Assembly: GCF_009914755.1 (NCBI RefSeq)
Contig: NC_060931.1
Reading direction: 5' to 3' (one strand)
Source: the human T2T-CHM13v2.0 reference genome, Homo sapiens
DNA length: 64,000 nucleotides
Both the position numbers and the translations under genes were made by a program. Positions within the stretch are counted from its first letter, which is position 1; every line of letters starts with the position of its first letter. The notes under the pieces are model-generated. The model was not told the DNA's origin, did no database searches, and saw only the letters and a program-made list of their open reading frames with translations. Below are positions 29,438 through 41,659 of this stretch, one piece after another.

Positions 29438-30699
29438 CTAAAGGTGCAAATGACTGATATTTTTCACTGACATCTTTTATCTTAATTAGGTTGGTATACT
29501 GCACGGGCATTTCTGATTATGCAATCATTTTCTTGAGCTGAATTAGCATGTTTTACATATTTATTCATTAGGTCTTATGTCCATGATAAATTAAACTTTA
29601 TGGGTAATCAAAACATTATTGCATGATATAATTACAGCTCTCCTGAATTAGAGTTTAAGAATGTGATTGCCACACTCTACGTAACTTAATGTCCCCTAAT
29701 GGCATAGATTAATAGCATTATAAACTTTCTGGTCATGTGCAGTTCAGGTCCGGGTTGATTTACAGTCAGGTGACTTTTAAAGAGCTGACAGCCCTTGTGC
29801 TGAGATTTTATGAACAGCATCGTTTCCCGGGGGAGTGTCCTCTGTAATTTAGTGCTAATCACTAAACCACTAGTAATCATGTGTGTACTAAGTTTATTGT
29901 GCCAGTACTCTGAGAAGTTGTATATTTGTGACAGAGTAAAGTAGGTGCTTGAGTTCCCTTGGAAGTGAAATAACAGTAATGTTGATAGGGCTTAGTAACC
30001 ACACCCAGGGACAGATTTTCAGTTTTTTTTCCCTTTTCTTAAAAATAAAACAAATGATGCATTCACACAAAGAGGTATGCATCTTGAGTGTTTATATATA
30101 ATTTAATTTAAACTCTACCATTACAGCAGATTGCTCTGGGAAGCCTTGGGCTGTGAACACTGGAATTGCACCTGCTCCATCCTTACCCCCCGGTGATGTG
30201 CGTGGCCAGTTTGAATGGACCAGCAACTGGACTTGGTGTCCATTTTCCCCAGTATTAGAGATGGGTTTGTGGGGATGACAGAATTACAGACCGCTAGACT
30301 GACAAGTTCACTTCTCCCCACCCTCCCCTTTTACCAGGAGGCGATGACTTGTGATGAGAAAGGGCTGATGGGATTAGAATCCAGTCTGTGTCCATAAGAC
30401 ACAGTCAAGTCCACTGTTACACAGGAGTCAAACCGGTGACCTTGTGGAGGGGAACAACACCGATTACTCGGTCCTGGCCCGGGGGACCATGGCTTCCTAT
30501 GGAGCAGCCGCTCCTGCCTTCCCTTGGTACAGCAGAGATGTGAAAATCTAGCTCCAAGTCAGATGTGTTTAGGAAACTTTGGGCTAACAAAGGGAAACAT
30601 TTGTTTCCTCGAGGCTGTGAGAGCTGTCATTAATGTGCTGAGCTGCACTGTGTCCTGAGCAGGAGCCTGCGGGGACTTGGCACAGAGCCTTGGTGCGTC

Positions 30700-31064
30700 C
30701 CACTGCACCTCCAGACCAGACCTCAGAGTCGGGGCCACTGCACCTCCAGACCAGACCTCAGAGTCGGGGCCACTGCACCTCCAGACCAGATCGCAGAGTC
30801 GGGGCCACTGCACCTCCAGACCAGACCTCAGGATCGGGGCCACTGCACCTCCAGACCAGATCGCAGAGTCGGGGCCACCGCACCTCCAGACCAGACCGCA
30901 GGGTTGGGGCCACCGCACCTCCAGACCAGATCACAGAGTCGGGGCCACTGCACCTCCAGACCAGACCGCAGGGTCGGGGCCACCGCACCTCCAGACCAGA
31001 ACTCAGAGTCGGTGCTACCGCAGAGTCAGGGCCACTGCATCTCCAGACCAGATCGCAGAGTCAG
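30700..31064. repeat. Minisatellite, 35 bp unit, ~10 copies
   Basis: CCAC(T/C)GCACCTCCAGACCAGA(CCT/TCG/CCG)CAGAGTCGGGG. Confidence 0.96.
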
Positions 31065-31609
31065 GGAGCCATCGTATGGGGCTCCCCATGAAGCGCTGCC
31101 TTCAGATGGGGCATCTGTGGAGGGACTTGTGTAAGTGGACTGTGTTTAGTGAGAGAGAGAAGCTGGTTTCTAAAAAGGATTTTTTTGTTTTACTTTGGAA
31201 TATTTTACTGTGGACCAAGGAGAAATGATTATTGTGCTTTTGATGGTCAGTGATACATAAGGAGAATTGAAGTTACAGAGGGTGTTTTGGTACCTAGCAG
31301 AAAGATTATAATTAACAAAATGGACTGTTTGGCATTTCTTTTTGTTATTTTTCATTTCTTTTTTATGCTCATACTCATCATCTAAGATAACAGAGAAATT
31401 CAATCTACTACTCTCTTCAGAATGCACTTAAGCAGCCTCTTTTAGAAAAGGATATAATTTCCATCTACTGGAATTCCATTTCAAATATAAACAAGACACC
31501 CCGGAGGGAAAGGAGTTACAGATGCTGGTGATTCTGACAGCATTAACCAATGGGAGTTGGTAAGTGTGGCTGTGATCACTGTGACGTCAGATTTTCCTTC
31601 CCTTCCCTG

Positions 31610-32051
<442 letters not shown>

Positions 32052-33269
32052 TAGCTGGTGCACACGGCTGTGCCCAGCTGAAGTGTCCACTGCTTAGGGA
32101 AAACAAACTCCTTCCGTGCATATGATAAAAGTAGATACATTGTGGTATCCGGACTCACCTCTTGTGAGTAGTGGGCATCGTGTTTGTGGACAGAGTTTCT
32201 CCGTGTCGTGGCCATTTCGATTCGGAACTCGGGTGACCGCTGCTGTTCCCAGCCTCCTGGGCCGCTGCTTTACTGCGGTGGGGACTCTGGTGGTCTTGCT
32301 GCCCCCCCTGGCTATTTTGCTTCATGGCAGCACCTCTTCAGAGAAAGCAGAGGAAAATTAACAATGAAAACGGCTTTCCTTTTAGTTCTGGGAAAAATAA
32401 TCTGTCATAAAGAAGATAAAACATGGTTGTGTGGGAATAAATGAACGCCGGCCCCGTGAGCGCAGGCAGAGGCTGTTCCCTCCAAGCCCGCTCTGCAAGG
32501 GCCTGGGCGCCGTCCTGCCCGCGTGGCGAAGGCTCCTGGGGGCACGGGAGCAGGAGGCATCATGGAGAAGAGGGAAGCTCCGGGGTGCCGAGGGGGTGCT
32601 GTAGGCACGCGGAGCTGTAGGCCGGCTCGCCACAGTCAGGCCCTTGTGTGATGGGTCAGGAGAGCACCGTTCTCTGATGGGTCCGAAATTGAAAGCGGTG
32701 GCTAAAAGGAGGGCAGCGGGAAGACACCGATCAAGTCCTGAGCATTTGGGGCCGATTGCTGCAGAGGTCACAGTTTCTCCTCCTGGGCTGCAGACTGTGG
32801 GTCAGTATTACAGTCTACCGTTGTTTATATCATGTGGTTAATATCAAGCATGCGAGCCTCCCTGTTTCCTGGGAACTGACGGGTACCCTCAATGCTCCTG
32901 GTAGATTGTTTATATACAATCTACCATTGTCCATTTGTGTATTCAGTCTCATTTTGAAAAGTGGAAGTTTGAATAAGGTGTGGCCGCTCCATTCTACATT
33001 TTTCTGACTCAAAATGCAAAAGTTGAAGGCCTCAATCCTGAATCTGTGCTGTGATACTGCTGTTACTTTACTGAGATAAAACCTTCAATGCCTTTCTACC
33101 ATATCACACATTTTTCTTTAACAGAATTTAGGTTCCTGATGGTGGCCTTGTGGGTTTGTGAAAAAAGCCTCAAATTAAGGCAGAGGCCTGTGTGCTAATC
33201 CTGACTCGCCCCTGACGTGCTCTCTGGTCTGGGTGAAGCATTCCACTGCCTTGGGCCTGAGATGGCTTT

Positions 33270-33635
33270 TATTTTAATTAATTAAATTATTTGAGATGGA
33301 GTCTCACTCTGTTGCCCAGGCTGGAGTGCAGTGGTGCGATCTCGGCTCACTGTAACCTCTGACTCCCGGGTTCCAGCAATTCTCCTGCCTCAGCCTCCTG
33401 AGTAGCTGGGATTACAGGTGCAGCCATCACGCCCGGCTAATTTTTGTATTTTTAAGTAGAGTTGGGGTTTTACAACGTTGGCCAGGCTGGTCTTGAACTC
33501 CTGACCTCAAGTGATGCACCCGCCTCGGCCTCCCAAAGTGCTGGGATTGCAGGCGTGAGCCACTGCGCCCAGCCTGATGCACCCACCTCAGCTTCCCAAA
33601 ATGCTGGGATTGCAGCGTGAGCCACTGGCCTGGCC
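33270..33635 (-). mobile_element. AluSx with tandemly duplicated 5' end
   Basis: TSD tgagatggctttta; ~60 bp of the Alu 5' end is present twice (33513-33575 and 33576-33635). Confidence 0.9.
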
Positions 33636-33735
33636 TGAGATGGCTTTTAAAGTGGGTATGAGGAGCTCCATGCCCATGACCCTCCTGGAAAATGTGATGA
33701 TACCAAGAACATTTTGAATATAGTTGAGGAGACCT

Positions 33736-34170
33736 GTATCAGTGTCCTGGGGCGATTGTAACAAAGTATACAAACTAGGCGGCTTAAACAACAGAAATTT
33801 ATTTTGTCACAGCCTGGAGGTGAGAAGTCTAAGGTCAAGATGTGGGCAGGGCTGGGCTCCCACTCAGGGCGCTGGGGGAGGCTCAGTCTCGGGCCCCTCC
33901 TGGCTTCTGGTGGTCCCCTGGCCTGTGGCAGCATCGCCCGCTCTCTCTGCATGTGGCGTTCTCCCTGTGTGCCTGTCTGCTTCTGTGTCCAAATTACTCT
34001 TGTTACAAGGACACAGTCATATGGGATCAGGGCCCACCCTACTCCAGTGTGACCTCATCTCAATTACTTTCCTCTGCAATGATCCTACTTCCAAATAAGG
34101 TCACATTCGGAGGTCCTGGGAGTTAGGACCTCAGCATATGAGTTCTGGGGGGATGCATTTCAACTCACGG
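33736..34170 (-). mobile_element. MLT1 (ERVL-MaLR) solo LTR
   Basis: tgtatcagtgtcctgggg…gcttaaacaacagaaatttatt…ccaaataaggtcacattc. Confidence 0.8.
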
Positions 34171-35785
34171 CAAGACAAATCCACGTTGTTAATATCAAGC
34201 ACGCGAGTCTTCCTGTTTCCTGGGAACTGATGGGTACCCTCAGTGCTCCTGAGGTTGACTTGAGTGTTGACCGGCCAATTCTGGGCAAGTGACCCAGTCG
34301 CTGTAACTCTAACTCTCCATCCTTACTCTAAGGAGAGTAGGGATGTGCACTTCTTGTGGTTGGAGGGATTAGCAGGGGAGACACATGGAAACGGCTTGGC
34401 CCAGTTCCCAGAGCCTGATGGCCTTTTTGGTATTAGCACCTCGGAACGTGACCAGAACCGTGGTCTGCAGGGCTGCATGCAGAGTGGGGGCAGAGGAACA
34501 CAGGCATTTCTTGTCCTAAGGGATTTGGGCGTCTTGCTTCTGGGGAGCACTTCCTTTTCCACCCATCCCCAGGGTGGGTCCAGCCCACTCCTCTCAGCCC
34601 CTCAGCACCTTGCAGGTATGGAAGGGTCAGCACAGGCCATGCTCCTCCCCAGATCTGCCCAGTCCTGCTGAGGGCCAGCAGCATGCCCTGGCACTCGTCT
34701 GTGCCTTCTGGTGCACGGACTCGCTGTGGTGCCCATCCTGCCCCGTCTACCACCTCGTGGTGCTCCCGCTCCCTGGCAGGACCTTGTTCTGAGGTCTCCT
34801 CTGTGCAGTCAGCACCATGCACCCCACAGCAAGGCCTCCCAGCAGCTTCTTGTTGACGGGTCTCAGGGTGGGCACTTCATCTGCAGGCCTGGTGCAAAAG
34901 GAACATGCGGGGCCTCTTGTTATAAATGATTCAGAATTTCAAGATGGCAGAGCAGGTGTTCAGCATGGGTGTCGGGTCTGCGTGTGACTCCATCGGTTGG
35001 ACGCCCGTGAAGCCCTGGCTGGTGCCAGATAAGCCACAGTCTCCCGGAAGCACATATTGTTCAAAATGCGATGCCATCCTGGGGTGCAGAGGAGCACACA
35101 GGCGAGAGGACCCGGCCTGGCGCAGCCCACCCCGACCTGTCACCACCTATGAAATTGGATCCTTCCCGAGAGCGAGGACCTGTGCCAAGCCCCTCAGCAC
35201 CTCTGGGGCGTTCTGACTGATGCCTGTTATTGACAGCACCATGTTCCTCTGGGAGAAGTGGTTGAGACGAAGGGCTTGGGATAAATAAGCCACAGCATGC
35301 TGGGCCATGGTAGTTCCTGACTCTCCCTGTAAAGCAGAGGACAGACGCAATGATGTGCTGAAGAATATGATTTAATTATTTAAGTCATCCATTAGGCTTT
35401 CACACTTGAGTCATGACTTAGAGCACAGCGGGTCTGCCTGGAAGGGCTTTTTGCTTCTCCTGCTGCATGGTTCAGGGGTCCTTGGGTTCAGGGGCGAGGC
35501 GTTCTCTTGCACCCACCTCTAACTGTCCGGCACACTGCACCGTGGTCACTGCTCACGGACCATGCAGTAGACGGTTAGCCGTGCCCACAGAGCGCCTGGC
35601 TTTGGCCCTTGACCTTTGGTCCCTGGGAGGTTGGTCCCCAGGCCACTGGGGTGTCCTGTCGGGAGCACTTTGTTACCTGAGCACCTCAGGCCCCCCTAGA
35701 TAGTGTGCGCTGACAATGGTGTTTATAGTGGGGACCTTGGGCCACACTCTATTGGCTTGACCTCCCAGGGCTGGACATGGAAGGC

Positions 35786-35959
35786 AGCCAGGGTCAGAAG
35801 TGAGGTGGTCCTGAGGACCCCCAAGCTCCGCAGTTAGTTTCATCAATGAGGTGGTCTTGGAACCCCCAAGGTCCACAGTTTGGGTGAGAAGTGAGGTGGT
35901 CTTGGGGCCCCCAGGCTACACAGCTGGGGTCAGAAGTGAGGTGATCCTAGGGGCCCCCA
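35786..35959. repeat. Degenerate 45-46 bp tandem repeat, ~4 copies
   Basis: tgaggtggtc(c/t)t…ccccca recurs at 35801, 35847, 35892 and 35937. Confidence 0.75.
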
Positions 35960-36102
35960 CTTATCTATCAGTCCTACTAGAGAACGACTTTTCTGCAGCT
36001 CCAGTACAAGGCCCAGCGTGGAAGTGCTCAGCGAGTGTCTGATGGAGAAAGGAATGAATGGAAAGCTCTGGTTTGAAGAAAAGGCCCAGGCAAGGGGCGC
36101 AT

Positions 36103-36334
36103 GGATCTGGGAGGGTCTCTGCAGGATGATCCAGAGCCGGGGGTCTCTGCAGCAGGATCTGGGAGGGTCTCTGCAGGATGATCCAGAGCCGGGGGTCTCT
36201 GCAGCAGGATCTGGGAGGGTCTCTGCAGGATGATCCAGAGCCGGGGGTCTCTGCAGCAGGATCTGGGAGGGTCTCTGCAGGATGATCCAGAGCCGGGGGT
36301 CTCTGCAGCAGGATCTGGGAGGGTCTCTGCAGGA
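36103..36334. repeat. Perfect minisatellite, 52 bp unit, 4.5 copies
   Basis: GGATCTGGGAGGGTCTCTGCAGGATGATCCAGAGCCGGGGGTCTCTGCAGCA starts at 36103, 36155, 36207, 36259 and 36311. Confidence 0.97.
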
Positions 36335-37562
36335 GGAGGGAGGAAAGCCAGCACTGCCAGCCTCTGGGGAGAGCCAGGCTCTCTCATCCTACAGTGAATC
36401 CCAGTGGTCACGCCTTGTGCTCCTGAGATCCGAGGACAGCAGTGTTTGTCCAGACCCTTCCTCCCCGCCTTGCCCTCCAGGTCGCACCCTGATTTCTCCA
36501 ACTTAATGTGCAGCTCCTCTCAAGCGGCGAAGGGCCCGGGCTCTAGAAAAGCAGCGCCAGCTTTTAAGTGGAGGTTCTCTCGGATGGCCCTGGAGCAGGG
36601 CCGGTTTCTTGAGTTGGGACGCAGGTGATGCCCTCACCCTTGGGGCAAACGCACTTCCTGACCCTGGGGGTCACCTGGGGGGTACTGCACCCCGTATGCT
36701 TGCATCTGGCCACCTGCTGCCTCCCTGGTGAGAGGGCCCTGTGAGCCGGGGCATTGAGCCTGTCTCTGTGAGGCCTGACACAGAGCCAGCTCCAGAATCT
36801 CTCCTGTTGCTGCCGCCACTTCCGTTCAGAGCATGGCCGAGAGGGGAGAGCGCCTGGCAGCCTTCCCCAGGGTCCCAGGGCTCTGCTTTTCTGGGGATTG
36901 ACTGATCCTCAGGATAGACACCCTCGTGGCGGCAAAATGGCTGCTCTAGGCCTCATAGTCACACACCACACCCCCAGGGAGAGAGGCCGTCCTTCCACTG
37001 TGTCAGCGTGCAGCCAGGCTTCTTACCCAGATGCCCCAGAAATCACCTGTGTGTCATTCATGACCCGTCACGGAACCAGTCCCCAGAGCCAGGGCCCAAG
37101 CCCAGCAGGTCCCAGTCTTGCAGCTGTGGTGGTCAGCCCATTTCCCCTGACACCCGTGAACCCATTGAGGAGTCTGATAATCAGAGTACAGTTACCAAGA
37201 GGAGGGGGATGGACGCAGCGGGGCCTAACATAGCAGGACTTCACTCTAGCACTCACTACTGATGAAACTGTTAGCTCAGATTCTTGGGAATTCATGAATT
37301 CCCAAGAATGTCTTTGGCCCAGGTTCTCCTTCTAGAGCTGGATCCCACAATGACAGACTCCTGGGCAACCTGTGGCAGCCGTGACTTTTGTATGTGTGGG
37401 GTCGTGTTACCTGCTGTCTCTCAGCGGTGGCTCTGGGGGCCACACGATCTCAGCTCCAGGTTCCCCAGAATGCAGCGCATGAGGCGGTGACTGAAGTGCA
37501 GGGCTTTGCTGTGGATGTGGTCACAGGGAATGGAGTGGGCGGGGAGGAGGGCAGTGCTGAGA

Positions 37563-38162
37563 GGCCACGCAGGAGGGGCAGTCTGGTGACCACGCAAGAG
37601 GGGACGTCTGGTGGCCATGCAGGAAGGGTGGTCCAGTGGCCGGGCAGGAGGGGTGGTCAGGTGGCCATGCAGGAGGGGCGGTCTGGTGGCCACGCAGGAG
37701 GGGCGGTCAGGTGGCTATGTAGGAGGGGCGGTCTGGTGGGGCCATCTGGTGGCCACGCAAGAGGGGACGTCTGGTGACCATGCAAGAGGGGACGTCTGGT
37801 GGCCATGCAGGAAGGGTGGTCCAGTGGCCGGGCAGGAGGGGCGGTCAGGTGGCTATGCAGGAGGGGCGGTCTGGTGGCCACGCAGGAGGGGCGGTCAGGT
37901 GGCTATGCAGGAGGGGTGGTCTGGTGGCCGGGCAGGAGGGGTGGTCTGGTGGCCGGGCAGGAGGGGCGGTCAGGTGGCTATGCAGGAGGGGTGGTCTGGT
38001 GGCCGGGCAGGGGGGGCGGTCTGGTGGCCACCCAGGAGGGTCGGTCCGGTGGCCATGCAGGAGGGGCAGTCCGGTGGCTGGGCAGGAGGGGTGGTCCGGT
38101 GGCTGCGCAGGAGGGTTGGTCGAGCGGCCGCGCAGGAGGGATGGTGGAGTGGCCGCGCAGGA
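37563..38162. repeat. G-rich minisatellite, 25 bp unit, ~24 copies
   Basis: GGTGGC(CAC/TAT/CGG)GCAGGAGGGGCGGTC(T/A/C). Confidence 0.95.
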
Positions 38163-39249
38163 TGCCTGCTCTGACCTGCCTGACTATCTGTCTATGCTGT
38201 GACCTGTCTGGGTCTGTGCTGTGACCGCCTGGAAGCCGTGTGGACTGTGTCTCAGAGTCACCCCTTTGCTGGGGAGAGAGGAGGGAGTGTTATCCACTCC
38301 TTCGGCCCCCCCGCCGCTCAAAGTTTGCCCCATGTCTCATCTCACACATGCCAGGAACTTGCCCTTCAGGTCCCTGTGACGTGCTCTCCTGCACATAAGC
38401 AGGGAGGCCAGGGTGGCAGTGAAGGTACATGGGGTGGGCTGGAGGCAATATCTGCCAGCTGCACCTGTAGGAAGCTGGTTACTGCAGCGGTGGCCTCAGG
38501 AAGGGACAGGTGAGGCCATTTGGGTCTGCTGTGGTACGTAAGAGATGTCTACTGGGATGCTCTGAGAGCACAGCTTAGCAAGACAGCTTCCTGGAAAGAT
38601 GGTATCCTTCTGTCCTGCAAAGGTCTGCTTGGGATGGGGATCAGGAGTAGCGTCTGAGCTGCCCAGCTTCAGGATCTGGCCTCGATAAGGGAAAGAAGAA
38701 ACCATTCTCTGGACGTTGGTCCTATTGGAAACCGGAGAGTCAGTCAGGTGAAGACAGGATTTCAAGAGCCACTGTGTCCACAGATCTTAGGCAAGGATTG
38801 TTATAAACTCTTGATAAGTTTACACAACATTCGTCTACTTTTTACTTTTATAGGTTGTGTCATTTTCTCCAAGAGTCTTCTATTAGAGTTCTGTCACGGT
38901 GCTTTGGCAAAGACTGAGATTATCCTTCACAATGTATTTTTCTCACTTTCCATTTGCAAAGCATGTTGCTTGTCTACAGATAGAATGTATTGAAAACACA
39001 GTATGTTAACTGAAGAAATAGGTAGGAAAGGGATTTTAAGAAATACCTGCATTAAGGCTTGCTTCTCTTCTTGATTTTTCAAATTTAATAAGATCCAACT
39101 CCAGAAAGCTTGAATACAGAGATTTAGTTTAGAATTCCTGAAGGAACAGGGCAGGAGTTTGCATATAAAATACAGCATTTTAAATATTCCACTTTCCCAC
39201 CATCTCAGGGTTTTAGTTACAGACTACGGAATCCAAGTTAGCTTTTTAA

Positions 39250-41659
39250 ATTTTTAATTTTTTTTAAATTTTATTGTAAGTTCTGGGATACATGTGCAGA
39301 ACGTGCAGGTTTGTTACATAGGTATACATGTGCCATGGTGGTTTACTGCCCCTATCAACCCGTCATCTAGTTTTTAATCACCACATGCATTAGGTATTTG
39401 TCTGAATGCTCTCCCTCCCCTAGCCCCCAACCCCCTGACAGGTCCCGGTGTGTGATGTTCCCCTCCCTGTGTCCATGTGTTCTCATTGTTCAACTCCCAC
39501 TTACGAGTGAGAACATGCGGTGTTTGGTCTTCTGTTCCTGTGTTAGTTTGCTGAGGTTGATGGCTTCCAGCTTCAGCCATGTCCCTGCAAAGGACATGAT
39601 CTCTTTATTTATTTATTTTATTATACTTCAAGTTCTAGGGTACATGTGCACAACGTGCAGGTTTGTTACATAGGTATACATGTGCCATGTTGGTTTTCTG
39701 CATCTATCAACTTGTCGTTTACATTAGGTATTTCTCCTACTGCTATCCCTACCCCAGCCCCCCATCCCCCCGACAGGCCCCAGTGTGTGATTGTTCCCCG
39801 CCCTGTGTCCATGTGTTCTTGTTGTACAACTCCCACCTATGAGTGAGAACATGTGGTGTTTGGTTTTCTGTCCTTGTAATAGTTTGCTGAGAATGATGGT
39901 TTCCAGCTTCATCCATGTCCCTGCAAAGGACATGAACTCATCCTTTTTTATGGCTATATATTATTCCACGGTGTATACGTGCCACATTTTCTTAATCCAG
40001 TCTATCATTGATGGACATTTGGGTTTCCAAGTCTTTGCTATTGTGAATAGTGCCACAAAAAACATAGATGTGCATATGTCTTTGTAGTAATATGATTTAT
40101 AATCCTTTGGGTATATATCCAGTAATGGGATCGCTGGGTCAAATGGTATTTCTAGTTCTAGATCCTTGAGGAATTGCCACACTGTCTTCTTCCACAGTGC
40201 TTGGACTAATTTACACTCCTACCAACAATGTAAAAGTGTTTCTATTTCTCCACATCCTCTCCAGTATCTGTTGTTTCTTGACTTTTTAATGATCGCCATT
40301 CTAACTGGTGTGAGATGGTATCTCATTGTGGTTTTGATTTGCATTTCTCTAATGACCAGTGATGATGAGTATTTTTTCATATGTCTGTTGGCTGCGTAAA
40401 TGTCTTCTTTTGAGAAGTGTCCATATCCTTTGCCCACTTTTTGATGGGGTTGTTTTTTTCTTGTAAATTTAAGTTCTTTGTAGATTGTGGATATTAGCCC
40501 TTTGTCAGATTGGTAGATTGAAAAGATTTTCTCCCATTCTGTTGGTTTCCTTTTCACTCTGATGATAGTTTCTTTTGCTGTGCAGAAGCTCTTTAGTTTA
40601 ATTAGATCCCACTTGCCTATTTTGGCTTTTGTTGCCATTGCTTTTGGTGTTTTAGTCATGAAGTCCTTGCCCATGCCTGTGTCCTGAATGATATTGCCTA
40701 GGTTTTCTTCTAGGGTTTTTATGGTGTTAGGTCTTACATTTAAGTCTATAATCCATCTTGAATTAATTTTTGTATAAGGTGTAAGGAAGGGATCCAGTTT
40801 CAGCTTTCTACATATGGCTAGCCAGTTTTCCCAGCACCATTTATTAAATAGGCAATCCTTTCCCCATTGCTTGTTTTTGTCAGGTTTGTCAAAGATCAGA
40901 TGGTTGTAGATGTATCATGTTATTTCTGAGGCCTCTGTTCTGTTCCATTGGTCTATATCTCGGTTTTGGTACCAGTACCATGCTGTTTTGGTTACTGTAC
41001 CCTTGCAGTATAGTTTGAAGTCAGGTAGCATGATGCCTCCAGCTTTGTTCTTTTTGTTTAGGATTGTCTTGGCTATGCGGGTTCTTTTTTGGTTCCATAT
41101 GAACTTTAAAGTAGTTTTTTCCAATCCTGTGAAGAAAGTCAGTGGTAGCTTGACAGGGATAGCATTGAATCTATAAATTACTTTGGGCAGTATGGCCATT
41201 TTCATGATGTTGATTCTGCCTATCCATGAGCATGGAATGTTCTTCCATTTGTTTGTGTCCTCTTTTATTTCACTGAGCAGTGGTTTGTAGTTCTCCTTGA
41301 AGAGGTCCTTCACATCCCTTGTAAGTTGGATTCCTAGGTATTTTACTTTCTTTGTAGCAATTGTGCATGGGAGTTCACTGATTATTTGGCTCTTTGTTTG
41401 TTATTGATGTATAGGAATGCTTGTGATTTTTGCACATTGAGTTTGTATCCTGAGACTTTGCTGAAGTTGCTTATCAGCCTAAGGAGATTTTGGGCTGAGA
41501 TGATGGGGTTTTCTAAATATACAATCAGGACATGAACTCTTTCTTTCTTGTGGCTGCATAGTATTCCATGGTGTATACGTACCACATTTTCTTTATCCAG
41601 CCTATCACTGATGGGCATTTGGGTTGGTTCCATGTCTTTGCTATTGTAAATAGTGCTGC
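39250..41659 (-). mobile_element. Older L1PA (PA8-10-like) 3' fragment, split by a younger L1 (pieces 39250-39606 and 41527-41659)
   Basis: The 3'UTR/ORF2 end resumes in register after the insertion; duplicated target aggacatga(t/a)ctcttt. Confidence 0.85.
39607..41526 (-). mobile_element. 5'-truncated L1PA (PA6-like), ~1.9 kb
   Basis: Disrupted ORF2 fragments (IVYLENP…, KDLFKENYK…, [10 protein letters not shown]…), 3'UTR and poly(A). Confidence 0.95.

Noticed and set aside
37611-38224. Repetitive 140-190 aa ORFs here and at 56290-56906, 30677-31228 and 36028-36501
   Set aside because: Translations of stop-free VNTR units.
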